Positions 1 through 9,944 of a stretch of 64,000 nt of DNA are shown one piece after another. Position 1 is the stretch's first letter. Each line of letters starts with the position of its first letter. Both the position numbers and the translations under genes were made by a program. The notes under the pieces were generated by a model that was not told where the DNA came from, did no database searches, and worked only from the letters and a program-made list of their open reading frames with translations. The stretch lies in the sequence record ON631220.1; one strand, given 5' to 3'.

Positions 1-1
1 T

Positions 2-610
2 CTACTTGATATTCGCAATTATTGGGATGTAAAACCATTTGCTTACCATAATGGTGTTCCTGATGACCTGAAAAAGAAACCAGAATGGTGGTGTAGTTAT
101 GATGATGATCCACGCTGTGATGCATGGATTAGTGGTGAAGCTATTCTAAAAGGTATGAGTGAGCTTAAACCAGTTACTAAAACGGTATATATGAGTCTAT
201 ATGCTTTTATGTCCTGGGATCGTATGTCAGAACCAGATTGCTATTCACGGTATAGCCCACGTCTTGTAACAGATGAATCAAAAATTAATAAAATCTCTCA
301 AAAACAATTACAGTATTATAAGAATCTAACTGAAAGTTTTTATTCTCTAAACCTCAAAGCTAATTATGATTGGAAGGTCATCGACGGTCGGTTACAACGA
401 GTCGGGCCTAAATGTGGTAAGAATCACCTACGTAATCTACGTCGAGTATCGCGTTATCTATCTTTCTGCAATGTTCCTAATGAACCTATCAAAGTAACTT
501 ATACACTCACGGCTGATCAACAGCGAAAAGAATTTAAACCGTTTATTGATCAAGTCCGGAATGCCGTTCTTAAGTACGGTGATATCCGTCTTCTAATGAG
601 GGTTAGGTAA
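2..610 (+). CDS. Hypothetical protein, 5'-truncated by the window edge
   Basis: The frame of ORF 155..610 stays open back to base 2 (LLDIRNYWDVKPF...ILKGMSELKP). Confidence 0.75.
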   Translation, partial: LLDIRNYWDVKPFAYHNGVPDDLKKKPEWWCSYDDDPRCDAWISGEAILKGMSELKPVTKTVYMSLYAFMSWDRMSEPDCYSRYSPRLVTDESKINKISQKQLQYYKNLTESFYSLNLKANYDWKVIDGRLQRVGPKCGKNHLRNLRRVSRYLSFCNVPNEPIKVTYTLTADQQRKEFKPFIDQVRNAVLKYGDIRLLMRVR

Positions 611-1263
611 TGGCAATGACAGCTATTGTCGGTAGTCGCTATGCCCCTACATGGGCCCTAGAATTGATGATACGCTCAGGAAGAACATTTGTTGATCTAG
701 GTATAGGTATTTCATCAGGTGATGCATATGGATCAGATAGAGCTGGTTGGTATGGTGCAATTCAGTCTGATAAATGGGACACTGTAGAAAGTCGTATTTA
801 CATTATCAGAAATGGTTTTTTAGGTAGACGTATCGAAAACCTAGCCTGGTTCCATGATGCCTCTGTATATACTGATACCATTCCCACAGCTATGGCAATG
901 GCCTGTGCAGCTCGGGGAAGTTTCAATGGTTTAGGTAGAACAGGTATTGAACTACATACTCGTAATGTGTTTCAAATTCATGGTCATACTTTACGTGAAC
1001 CTGTTTCAACTATTATTGCTTATGGCGAACAGAAAACACCAACCTCTGTAATTAGTGGCGGCACCAATACAGCATGGCAGTTGGCATTAGATGCAAATGT
1101 GCCAACTATGTATAACCTATACTGGTCCGATGATGTAAAGAGACTAGAAGAATGGTTAAATAAAAATGAATCTGATGAGCCATATATGCCAATTGATTGG
1201 TCTGAAATCTTAGATCCTAGAGATAGCCGTCTACCTGAATTGATGGATGAATATAATAATTAA
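610..1263 (+). CDS. SLOG-superfamily (DprA/Smf-like) nucleotide-binding protein
   Basis: Motifs AIVGSR, SGDAYGSD, RNVFQIHG and SGGTNTAWQLA match the SLOG Rossmannoid pattern. Confidence 0.7.
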   Translation: MAMTAIVGSRYAPTWALELMIRSGRTFVDLGIGISSGDAYGSDRAGWYGAIQSDKWDTVESRIYIIRNGFLGRRIENLAWFHDASVYTDTIPTAMAMACAARGSFNGLGRTGIELHTRNVFQIHGHTLREPVSTIIAYGEQKTPTSVISGGTNTAWQLALDANVPTMYNLYWSDDVKRLEEWLNKNESDEPYMPIDWSEILDPRDSRLPELMDEYNN

Positions 1264-1297
1264 TTTTCTCAAATGAATTAGTTATAATAGCCAAAAT

Positions 1298-1323
1298 AAA
1301 CCCTCCTCTTAGTAGGAGGGTTT
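1298..1323 (+). terminator. Intrinsic terminator
   Basis: aaaccctcct-cttagt-aggagggttt hairpin after the SLOG gene. Confidence 0.75.
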
Positions 1324-1366
1324 ATATCGTCTCAAATTAGATTATCAATTAGAAAAGGAACATCAA

Positions 1367-2467
1367 ATGAATTATCGTAATAGCAAACTTACGTTAGTCC
1401 AGCAGAAGTGGATTGATCGTTTTATCTCCATTGCTATGGAGGTTGATAATGGCCGTGCAATTTCCAATGCATATCGCTATACTCTTAATGAACAGGGAAT
1501 TAGTTCAGATAGTGAAGATCTACGTATTCACTATCCTTTTGGAGTTGATAGAAAAGAATTCATCAAAGAACAAATTTACAAACTATGTGATGAAGTTATA
1601 AGCCCTTTAAATCTGAAAGCATTCAGAATTAGTGGTGGTTTTGCATTACTAGATGATGAAGGAATCATTGGTTTCCTAATGAATGGAATGGAAGGTACCA
1701 CTAGTCAGAACTTTAGATTATACTCCAATGAAGAACTGATCAAAGTATTTAAATTACGTTTTGAAGAAGTATTTGATCAGACTCGTCCACCTAGTATTAA
1801 AAGAATTCGGGTTAACTATCAAAATAATGAACTATATAGCTTTAGTGAAGTTATTTCTGTTCGTAACTACAATCCAAATATGATGGAAATGTATCCATTC
1901 CTAGATCGATCTCCAGCTGAAATCTGGACTGAATTCGCTGCATCTGAATCTAATGTTCTACTATTGATTGGTCCTCCTGGTACTGGTAAGTCTAATTATA
2001 TCAATGAGATTATTCGGGCTCGTGGTTATAATGATCGTAATGTGTATCTAGCTGATCAAGATGATGTACTTGGCCACGCCGGTTTGACTAATTTTATTCG
2101 TGGTGTTGAGGATAATTCACTCATTATTACAGAAGACTCTGATAAAATGGTGGCTAAACGTGTAGATGGTAATAGTAATATGTCAGGGCTATTAAATGCT
2201 ACAGCTGGTCTAGTATCTACTAAGACCAAGATTATCATTTCTACTAATCTTCCGACTCTTCGTGATGTTGATGAAGCTTTAGTTCGACCTGGCCGTGCTT
2301 TCGATATTCTTACCTTCAAAACACTTACTGCTGAACAAGCGATTGCAGCTCGTTTAGCTAATGGTCTAGATCCAGTTGAGTTTGTCGGTAATAATCTTAC
2401 TTTAGCTGAAGCATTGAATACTAGTTCTTGCAGTAGCCCACGCAAAGCAAGTCGTGTAGGTTTCTAA
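1367..2467 (+). CDS. AAA+ ATPase
   Basis: Walker A GPPGTGKS, Walker B IITED, MSGLLNATAG, sensor-1 STN and Arg finger LVRPGR. Confidence 0.9.
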   Translation: MNYRNSKLTLVQQKWIDRFISIAMEVDNGRAISNAYRYTLNEQGISSDSEDLRIHYPFGVDRKEFIKEQIYKLCDEVISPLNLKAFRISGGFALLDDEGIIGFLMNGMEGTTSQNFRLYSNEELIKVFKLRFEEVFDQTRPPSIKRIRVNYQNNELYSFSEVISVRNYNPNMMEMYPFLDRSPAEIWTEFAASESNVLLLIGPPGTGKSNYINEIIRARGYNDRNVYLADQDDVLGHAGLTNFIRGVEDNSLIITEDSDKMVAKRVDGNSNMSGLLNATAGLVSTKTKIIISTNLPTLRDVDEALVRPGRAFDILTFKTLTAEQAIAARLANGLDPVEFVGNNLTLAEALNTSSCSSPRKASRVGF

Positions 2468-2574
2468 GGAAAAGTAAGCTGCTTTTAAACTAGCGAAGAA
2501 ACATGAATTCCAACGTGTTATTTATAATCCTGATGACCTTAAAGTAAAGCATTATTTCACATACGGAGATCAGC

Positions 2575-3177
2575 ATGCAGCGCAATAATGACCCGCAGCA
2601 AGTAATCATGTCGATTGAGATGTACAATAGCCTACTGGCTATGGCTAATGATTCACCTCATTACACGACAAAACTTATCCAACGTCACGTGCGAAAGATG
2701 AATCCTTTTTTACAACCTGCACATCTAAAGAATGTCAGAACTAAGGAAGCTATTCGGTCCCAACGTATTCGTGAAGCTCGGGCTTTCTTCGAAGCCAATC
2801 ATAGAAAAATTCTGTACGCAAAGGTTGATATGGGTAACTGTAAAAAAGGAGATGATCCGGTTTACTTCCCATGCATATCTGAACGTATTGCCAAGAATAG
2901 ACAACTAATCCAAGTTCGTCATGCCAATGAAGTTGGTTATGGACGGTGCATCCGGTTGGTAGAGGCTAAATATCTCACAACCATTATTCCTGATGGATAT
3001 ATCCAAGGAACTGGGCCGTATAAAAAATATCTTGTTAAAGAGAATGGTCCTTACGATATCCGTGAACAAGAAGAAAAACGTAAACAAGCTTTTTCGAGTG
3101 AGATAGCTAAGAAGTTTGAGTTCAAACATGATTCTTACGATATGGATAATCTCAAAAAGAATTATTATACACAATGA
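2575..3177 (+). CDS. Hypothetical protein, N-terminal domain paralogous to 28092..28475
   Basis: ORF with SD GGAG; the N-termini align visibly. Confidence 0.75.
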   Translation: MQRNNDPQQVIMSIEMYNSLLAMANDSPHYTTKLIQRHVRKMNPFLQPAHLKNVRTKEAIRSQRIREARAFFEANHRKILYAKVDMGNCKKGDDPVYFPCISERIAKNRQLIQVRHANEVGYGRCIRLVEAKYLTTIIPDGYIQGTGPYKKYLVKENGPYDIREQEEKRKQAFSSEIAKKFEFKHDSYDMDNLKKNYYTQ

Positions 3178-3304
3178 GATTAGTATAAATGGACATTAGT
3201 TTATCTCCAGTATGAGTATTCCAACTTCTTAAATATTACTAAAGAGCAGACTATGAATATATCAGTGTTTGCTCTTTGGAGGTAATTACTCTGGAGCATC
3301 TAAT

Positions 3305-3637
3305 ATGTGTGCAATTCCTGTAATACCTATATCAAATGACATCACTGTTATTAAGCCAGGTGATACAGTTTGGTCAACAGGTGTTCTCGGTATGAAAGCA
3401 TCCTGTGAGCATCCACCAGCGCTATTCTGTATACGGGGTGATGAACTTGAAGTTCTAGAAATTAGCCCTCCCACGGAATATGAGAAAAAAGAAATGTATA
3501 AGTGCCGCTTAAAAAGAGGCACTGGTCATTTCTGGATTTATCGTAGTGGGTTTACTAAAATAAAGCCATTTAATCACAATATGACTGGTTATGAGTTTTG
3601 GGATGGTGAGAAAATTAGAGAATATGGTGGGCATTAG
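3305..3637 (+). CDS. Small SH3-like beta-barrel hypothetical protein
   Basis: ATG 3305 follows GGAG (the track starts at TTG 3269); IKPGDTVW...RGDELEVLEI pattern. Confidence 0.6.
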   Translation: MCAIPVIPISNDITVIKPGDTVWSTGVLGMKASCEHPPALFCIRGDELEVLEISPPTEYEKKEMYKCRLKRGTGHFWIYRSGFTKIKPFNHNMTGYEFWDGEKIREYGGH

Positions 3638-3648
3638 AGTAAAAGAAA

Positions 3649-3774
3649 ATGGCTAGCGAAAATAATAAATCAGATATGCAACATGAACAAGAAGAACCAC
3701 CCATATTCAAAATGCTTTTTCTAAGTGCAGTTATAGGTGGATCATTATGGGAAATAATTAGACAGTGGTTTTAG
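3649..3774 (+). CDS. 41-aa membrane micro-protein, not in the ORF track
   Basis: MASENNKSDMQHEQEEPPIFKMLFLSAVIGGSLWEIIRQWF; one hydrophobic helix; fills the gap between genes. Confidence 0.55.
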   Translation: MASENNKSDMQHEQEEPPIFKMLFLSAVIGGSLWEIIRQWF

Positions 3775-3899
3775 CCACTGTCTTTATAATGTATTTTGAG
3801 TTATAAAAATGTCCATAGAAAAAGCCTATTCCAATTTAATAGCTTCAATTAAAACAGTTAGAAAACATTTTCCTAAATTAATTCAAGAGAAGAATTTAG

Positions 3900-4157
3900 A
3901 TGAGGAATTACGACGGGAGTTTACGACTCCTATTCAATTCGACCCGACTAAGAAATCGGGAAACTCCTTTTGATAACGAACAGTCAGAAATGGATAAGTT
4001 AAAACCAATCGATGACTTTTGGAAAACTAAAACAATTAAACCATCGGATGCTTATTTAGAAAGAAAGAATGAGCAACTAAAGATGATTAATCCACATAAA
4101 GTTTATAATCCATTTAATGAAAAAGATACGGTATTAAAACCTATTTCTAAATTATAA
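3900..4157 (+). CDS. Hypothetical protein (start uncertain)
   Basis: ORF track; overlaps a 54-aa ORF at 3809..3973 in another frame. Confidence 0.5.
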   Translation: MRNYDGSLRLLFNSTRLRNRETPFDNEQSEMDKLKPIDDFWKTKTIKPSDAYLERKNEQLKMINPHKVYNPFNEKDTVLKPISKL

Positions 4158-4170
4158 AAAAGGATTTACT

Positions 4171-4590
4171 ATGAAACAAGATCATCAATTCTGGCATGAT
4201 AAACCATTTTCAGAAAATGAAGTTAGGAAGAAACTTGACGGATCTTCATTATCCAAACTAAGTACAGATCAGATTTTAGAAGAGTGGCGAACAGAACATA
4301 TTGAACGTAACACTCCTTTAAGTAAAAGGCTATACGACATTCGTAATAAAGCCATCAATGATTACTCACTTACTGATAATCAACAAGTTAATAATTTGTT
4401 GCAATGTGCAGTGGATCAAGCCTTAGCAGATGTGGTCATTATGTTAGATGGTTCAGTGCCACATAAGCAATTTCAAATTTCTGAATATGAAATTGAAATG
4501 GACAGTAAGGAATTATCGATTAAAGAACATACTCGTCCAATAACTGAAAATCTACTGAAAAATTATTTTGAATTGGTGAATGGCAAATGA
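4171..4590 (+). CDS. Hypothetical protein
   Basis: ORF with AAGGA SD, co-oriented. Confidence 0.75.
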   Translation: MKQDHQFWHDKPFSENEVRKKLDGSSLSKLSTDQILEEWRTEHIERNTPLSKRLYDIRNKAINDYSLTDNQQVNNLLQCAVDQALADVVIMLDGSVPHKQFQISEYEIEMDSKELSIKEHTRPITENLLKNYFELVNGK

Positions 4591-4931
4591 CTGAACGTAT
4601 TCATTACTCAGATCGTAAATTACCGCTGTGTTTTAAAGGTGTTTATGACATTCCAGTTGTAACCATCGAAAACTATTGTAAGTGGTATGGTCTTAATATC
4701 GTCTATCCAGATGGGCGTGTTGAATGGGTTGACACTGATTTACTTGCTGAAATAGAACGGGAAAGCAAGTTCGCAGTAATGGGTGATCACAACTATCATC
4801 CAATTCTGTTAGACAAAGTAGCTGAGAAGATTGGCGGCGTGGCATGTGATGTTGCACGTGAGTTGATGACTGGCCGTTGGGTACTAGAGATTATGGACGG
4901 TAAAATCCCTGGTCAAGAAAAATTCTGTTAA
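4587..4931 (+). CDS. Hypothetical protein
   Basis: ATGA overlap with the upstream gene. Confidence 0.75.
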   Translation: MTERIHYSDRKLPLCFKGVYDIPVVTIENYCKWYGLNIVYPDGRVEWVDTDLLAEIERESKFAVMGDHNYHPILLDKVAEKIGGVACDVARELMTGRWVLEIMDGKIPGQEKFC

Positions 4932-4935
4932 CTGG

Positions 4936-5484
4936 ATGATTAAAATGGGTATTGATGTTTTCCCTGTAGTTACCAAACGTTCTACACGTGTCTCAGATGG
5001 TGCACGTGTGCTTAAATTCATTGACATGCATACATGCGAGGCTCTTAACTTTAGCCGTTGCTATTATCTTTGGGATTGGTTAACCGATAATAACGAGTAT
5101 ACCAACCGATTCTGTCGACCGACCCTTAAAGGCTGTGGATTTGGTACACTCGTCAGTGATGACTCGCATCCAGTATGGAACAACTTTGAAGGACGCCTTT
5201 CACAAATTGTCAATTCCAAACAGGACAATCTAACACCATATGCCTATTATAGTGAAGATGGTTGGTACCCACTGACAATGATCTTCAATATGGAAGACCT
5301 CTGGAACTTCGATTATGATCAGAAGCCAACGATGTTCGATCAAGATGTTAATGGTGAAGTCATTTCGGAAAAAACCTATCGCCAGCTATTTTTGAGCAAT
5401 GGTGTGGATGATGGTTATTTCAAGTTCCTGGAAGAAACTAAAAAGATGGAGTGTGTTCACTTCATCGCCCGATTCTGGGGATGA
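4936..5484 (+). CDS. Hypothetical protein
   Basis: ORF track, tight packing. Confidence 0.75.
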   Translation: MIKMGIDVFPVVTKRSTRVSDGARVLKFIDMHTCEALNFSRCYYLWDWLTDNNEYTNRFCRPTLKGCGFGTLVSDDSHPVWNNFEGRLSQIVNSKQDNLTPYAYYSEDGWYPLTMIFNMEDLWNFDYDQKPTMFDQDVNGEVISEKTYRQLFLSNGVDDGYFKFLEETKKMECVHFIARFWG

Positions 5485-5507
5485 TTACTTAACAGGAAAA
5501 GTTAAAA

Positions 5508-6077
5508 ATGGCTATTCTATCTGATAAAACAATCACTGACTTATCTAAAGGTCGTGAACCAATGATTACGGATTTCATTGGTCATCAGGTCCGTGAAAAA
5601 GATGGTAAAAAGATTATTAGTTATGGGCTTAGTTCATATGGGTACGATGTGAGGCTAGCCCGTAATTTTAAGATCTTTTCTAATGTAACAAGTGCAGTTA
5701 TTGACCCATTAGATCCTAGTGATGGATTCTTAGTAGATTGGACTGGTGATTATTGTATTATTCCACCTAACAGTTATATTCTTGGTCATACTGTAGAATC
5801 ATTTAATATTCCAGATGATGTCCTAGCTATTTGCACAGGTAAGTCAACCTATGCACGACTAGGTGCAATTGTTAATGTCACTCCTATTGAACCAGGTTTC
5901 AAAGGACAAGTCGTTATTGAGATTGCAAACTGCACTACACTACCTCTAAAAATTTATGCTGATATGGGTATTGCCCAGTTTATGTTCTTTAGAGGTGATG
6001 CCCCATGTGAAGTTAGTTATGCAAAACGTAATGGTAAATATCAAAATCAAATTGGTATCACAACAGCGAGACTTTAA
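5508..6077 (+). CDS. dcd: dCTP deaminase
   Basis: Motifs SYGLSSYGYDVRL, GKSTYARLG, VTPIEPGFKG and YQNQIGIT. Confidence 0.97.
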   Translation: MAILSDKTITDLSKGREPMITDFIGHQVREKDGKKIISYGLSSYGYDVRLARNFKIFSNVTSAVIDPLDPSDGFLVDWTGDYCIIPPNSYILGHTVESFNIPDDVLAICTGKSTYARLGAIVNVTPIEPGFKGQVVIEIANCTTLPLKIYADMGIAQFMFFRGDAPCEVSYAKRNGKYQNQIGITTARL

Positions 6078-6079
6078 TA

Positions 6080-6316
6080 ATGCTTAGTCCTAACCAAGAA
6101 AAGTTTGTCAGTCGGTTAACTGAAATTACAAAGGCATCTGATTTAGAACTTTGTGCAGTTAATGATACAATCTCATTTGATATTTCAACTGATAACATGC
6201 GTGCTGAATTCTTTAATTTGGTTTCTGAACTGCATTTTAAGATTGTTCATATGTTTCCAATTAACCAATATAACACTCGTTATCGGGTTGTTATTCATGA
6301 ACCATTCTATCTATGA
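6080..6316 (+). CDS. Hypothetical protein
   Basis: ORF track, directly after dcd. Confidence 0.65.
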   Translation: MLSPNQEKFVSRLTEITKASDLELCAVNDTISFDISTDNMRAEFFNLVSELHFKIVHMFPINQYNTRYRVVIHEPFYL

Positions 6317-6339
6317 TTGACCATCATAGTGGTTCATAT

Positions 6340-6370
6340 ATTCGAACCATTTTAAACAGTATATCACAAA
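6340..6370 (+). promoter_or_regulatory. phiKZ-type early promoter variant (TTTAAACAG-TATATCAC)
   Basis: Near-identical to the copies at 22655, 32512 and 51910. Confidence 0.65.
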
Positions 6371-6406
6371 TGTGATATAATCAACATATATAGGAGATTC
6401 TAATAC

Positions 6407-6883
6407 ATGTCACGCAATACTATTTCTTCCTGGAGTGAACTTGGTTCAATGCTGGGTGTACAGCCGAAGCCGGTTCAGAAGAAACAGAAAAATCGAGCTA
6501 AAAAGAATCATGAAGCTGCGGTTCGTAAAAATTCTAGGGAAACCTTTATGGACATTGCTGCAAAACAAACTAAATCAAGTCCTAACTTCCGTAAGAACAA
6601 ACAAAAAGATGTTCGTCATTGCAGTGTATGTGATAATATTAAACTAAAAGAAAATGGTATCGAAGAAGGGCGGGCCAAACCAATTGGTATGACCGAATTA
6701 GCTAAGTTCAAAGTTGAGCTAGCAAAAAATGGTCTTGAGCTATTCGGTTGTGAAGTACGTAAGCAAGAATCTTTTGCAGATGCATTTTATGGTAATAATA
6801 CCATTTGTGAAGAAACTGCAAAGCTGATTAAAGCATACCAGGAAGAGTTTGATTCAGTCTTCCGCCGCGCTATTACTGCCTAA
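6407..6883 (+). CDS. Basic early protein with CxxC motif
   Basis: AGGAG SD, downstream of the early promoter; Lys/Arg-rich N-terminus; HCSVC. Confidence 0.8.
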   Translation: MSRNTISSWSELGSMLGVQPKPVQKKQKNRAKKNHEAAVRKNSRETFMDIAAKQTKSSPNFRKNKQKDVRHCSVCDNIKLKENGIEEGRAKPIGMTELAKFKVELAKNGLELFGCEVRKQESFADAFYGNNTICEETAKLIKAYQEEFDSVFRRAITA

Positions 6884-6889
6884 CGATAT

Positions 6890-6909
6890 AGGGGACCTTC
6901 TGGTCCCCT
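6890..6909 (+). terminator. Intrinsic terminator
   Basis: aggggacc-ttct-ggtcccct hairpin. Confidence 0.7.
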
Positions 6910-6939
6910 TAGTCATTATTATTTTTTTGGATTTTAGCT

Positions 6940-7131
6940 ATGGATGATATTGAAAAGAAAATAGCCAAAATGGAAGCTCTATTTAGGTACCATGGTATTA
7001 CCGTTGATATTAACCATAAGTTGAAACCTAATGCTAAGACAAAATTAACTCGTGCGGAAATTAACCGATTACAAATACAATATGATAAGCTTTTAGCTGA
7101 ACGCGAAGAAGCTTTAAAAGCAATTCCTTAA
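6940..7131 (+). CDS. Hypothetical protein
   Basis: ORF track. Confidence 0.65.
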   Translation: MDDIEKKIAKMEALFRYHGITVDINHKLKPNAKTKLTRAEINRLQIQYDKLLAEREEALKAIP

Positions 7132-7135
7132 ATTA

Positions 7136-7366
7136 TTGAGGATTTATAAAATGTTCAAGCGCGTTATGAGATATATTCGTGTTTTGAAATTAATTGTTAT
7201 TTTCTATGTTAGGCGACAACTGGGTTTACACGATTATTGTACACGAAAAAATACAATTGCATTAGATCGTGAAAATAATAAACGTGTTCAAATAAATGCT
7301 ATTTCTCGTAAAGTCGAAGAAGCATTATTTAAAGTTGAACTAGTTGCGATAATGAGTAAGCGGTAA
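7136..7366 (+). CDS. Hypothetical basic protein
   Basis: ORF track, TTG start. Confidence 0.5.
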   Translation: MRIYKMFKRVMRYIRVLKLIVIFYVRRQLGLHDYCTRKNTIALDRENNKRVQINAISRKVEEALFKVELVAIMSKR

Positions 7367-7378
7367 TGTTGTCATAAA

Positions 7379-7423
7379 GCCCTCCCTTCGGGGAGGGCTA
7401 TTGCACTAAATTTTATTTGAGAT
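7379..7423 (+). repeat. 45-bp terminator+promoter cassette, exact copy of 23049..23093
   Basis: gccctcccttcggggagggctattgcactaaattttatttgagat is identical at both sites. Confidence 0.95.
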
Positions 7424-7476
7424 CTACATTATAGATTAGCATATACTAATGGAAACATCTACATGAGGTAATTATC

Positions 7477-7776
7477 GTGAACGAAGCTATTATTTCACTG
7501 GACCGCAGAGGAGCCCATCATTTAGGATCTCGCGGTTATCCAATTAGATCAATTGGAGATGTTACAGTATTTGATTTGAATCATAATCAACTATATCCCA
7601 AAATCCATTCTCTTAAAGATCAAAATCATGATGGATGGCACTCCATTAGTGTTGATGATGAAAATGGAGTAACAGCGTATACGTTTGTTTTGAATATGGA
7701 TCTTAATCTAGGATGGCTAAGACCTAAGCAGCCTAATGTTGGTGGTGGATATATCAAAATCAAATTTGAACAATAA
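7477..7776 (+). CDS. Hypothetical early protein
   Basis: GAGG SD with GTG start; terminator at 7775-7794. Confidence 0.75.
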   Translation: MNEAIISLDRRGAHHLGSRGYPIRSIGDVTVFDLNHNQLYPKIHSLKDQNHDGWHSISVDDENGVTAYTFVLNMDLNLGWLRPKQPNVGGGYIKIKFEQ

Positions 7777-7825
7777 GCGGTGTGTACACCGCTTTTATTC
7801 CGTGTTTATACTCAAAAGGTAATTT

Positions 7826-8959
7826 ATGATTATGTTTAAGTACTTAAAAAATGTTATTGATAGTTTTAACAAACCAAAAAAGGTAGATACATTAGAACAA
7901 AAGATAGCTGATCTAAATGATAAATACATCAGAGAAAATGTAGATGTTGATAAAATTGATATTTTGTCAGGTTACTTCACAGGAATGCTATCTGGTAAAT
8001 TACATGATCGAAGTTTAGCATGGGGTTATTATACCAAAGAAACTAAGACATGGATGATTTATTTTGTTGAACAAAATTTTGATTCATTCATGTATAAAGT
8101 AACTAATAATTCATTAGATATTATTAATCTAACTGATATAGAAGATCTTAAATTATTCTATTTTTCTAATGAACAATACTTACCTTTAAATACACCAATC
8201 AATAGTGATCTAAATGTGGCTGTAATTTTCACATCAAAATCACTCACTAAGGATTTCATTGATCCATCTTTAATAGATCAAGTTAAATCAGTTAATAGTA
8301 ATTACAAGATTGTGATGGATGGGTTATCTGATAATTCCAAATTTGATAGTAACCCAATAACTCTAATTGTAGAGTCTTATGAAGCAGATGGTGATATCGT
8401 CGTAGTTGAACTAACTAATGGTACAACTGTGGCCATCAATAGAAAACTACTTAATATGTTTATGTATCGGTCAAGAATAGTTGATGCGTGTGATAACTCA
8501 AAAGTGCTTATAGATTTCAATGGACGGCTAAAGTTCACACCTATGGAGAATCATCTAGGTGGCATCAATAGTGCAATGCATTATTGGTCAAGTAATGGAA
8601 TTATCAAAATTAGGTGTGACTATAGCATCACATTAAATCTAGATAAGTTTCCAGAGATTGTTAATCATATTGGAAACTGGATACATATTGAAGCTAAAAC
8701 AATTGCAAAAGTAATTGACTCGGTTGTGGTACCATACTTAACAAATGGGGAGCTTAGTACGCTCATTGTTGATTTAGATAATGTCGATATTCAGTATCGT
8801 GGTTTAACATTATCTGGTAATATCAGCTTGCGTGATCGTTTAGATAAATGCAAAATCAAACTGATAAATCCATCAACTGATCCATATGAGATACCTAGTC
8901 TAAATGGTAAACGTGATGTCCATGGTTTTTATAGAGTAGATGGAAGTTTATTAAAATGA
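7826..8959 (+). CDS. Hypothetical protein
   Basis: 377-aa ORF with AAGG SD. Confidence 0.85.
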   Translation: MIMFKYLKNVIDSFNKPKKVDTLEQKIADLNDKYIRENVDVDKIDILSGYFTGMLSGKLHDRSLAWGYYTKETKTWMIYFVEQNFDSFMYKVTNNSLDIINLTDIEDLKLFYFSNEQYLPLNTPINSDLNVAVIFTSKSLTKDFIDPSLIDQVKSVNSNYKIVMDGLSDNSKFDSNPITLIVESYEADGDIVVVELTNGTTVAINRKLLNMFMYRSRIVDACDNSKVLIDFNGRLKFTPMENHLGGINSAMHYWSSNGIIKIRCDYSITLNLDKFPEIVNHIGNWIHIEAKTIAKVIDSVVVPYLTNGELSTLIVDLDNVDIQYRGLTLSGNISLRDRLDKCKIKLINPSTDPYEIPSLNGKRDVHGFYRVDGSLLK

Positions 8960-9426
8960 TTAAATTAGTGATTAGTCTTTTTTATAAAATAGTTAATGAA
9001 AAGATGTCACCCACATATAAGAAATTAGTTACATTAGATAGAAATGGATACATTTTCAATAATAAACAAGATCTGTATTCGATTAATCTTTCACTCTATC
9101 TTGAACTTATTCATTCAGTGACGAATGACTATATTGTTCAAGAAATTATAATGTGTCTAAGTTCTAAGCCACAAGCAGTGAAAGAACTATTCCTTGAAGA
9201 CCTAAGTACTAATAATCAACTACATTATTCATTGTTAGCTTGTAAAATAATGAATGAGAGGAAAATCATTAATAAGAATATTAATAAAGCGTGTGCTAAA
9301 AATATGGCTACTTTTTTAAAGGGCTATTTCCCAAGAGACTACTTCACTTGGTATAGTTGTCTCTATTTAGCGCTATCGGCTAAAAGTAAAGCTGAGAATA
9401 ACAAAGTATCTGTTATTAATGAGTAA
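8956..9426 (+). CDS. Hypothetical protein
   Basis: ATGA overlap with the upstream gene. Confidence 0.7.
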   Translation: MIKLVISLFYKIVNEKMSPTYKKLVTLDRNGYIFNNKQDLYSINLSLYLELIHSVTNDYIVQEIIMCLSSKPQAVKELFLEDLSTNNQLHYSLLACKIMNERKIINKNINKACAKNMATFLKGYFPRDYFTWYSCLYLALSAKSKAENNKVSVINE

Positions 9427-9528
9427 ATACAATACTATGTAGTAGTATTTCTATTACGTACCCTTCGAGGCATATACTCCATGACTTATGTTGTGGGGTA
9501 TATGTGTTATAATGTTTAAGAGGTTAAA

Positions 9529-9876
9529 ATGCAAAAGCAACTAAATTCTGATGATCTAGATGTTCTTGACTCCTTTAATGCAGCATGGGAAATTGTTAAG
9601 GAAGAACATACTGATCTATTCTCACGTATAGCGATGATGGCTATTAATAAGTTAACTGATGATGATATCTCAGTCAATGATACTAAAGTAAGTATTCAAC
9701 AAGTAGTTAATTTCCATGAGCGAATTCGAGATATCATTCCTAGCTCTGAGATTGTTAATCTTACGATTGTTAAAACTATCTTAGGTGAAATGAATGGTTG
9801 GTTAGAATTTGATGAACTTAATGAAGAACTATTTACAGCTTTAGGCAAAGCTTATAGCACTGTTAACTTTAATTGA
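9529..9876 (+). CDS. Hypothetical protein
   Basis: GAGG SD. Confidence 0.8.
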   Translation: MQKQLNSDDLDVLDSFNAAWEIVKEEHTDLFSRIAMMAINKLTDDDISVNDTKVSIQQVVNFHERIRDIIPSSEIVNLTIVKTILGEMNGWLEFDELNEELFTALGKAYSTVNFN

Positions 9877-9944
9877 TCATTAATATGAAAATTAAAACAA
9901 TATAAGTGAGGCATGTGCCTCACTACATAGTAGAGGACTAACAC

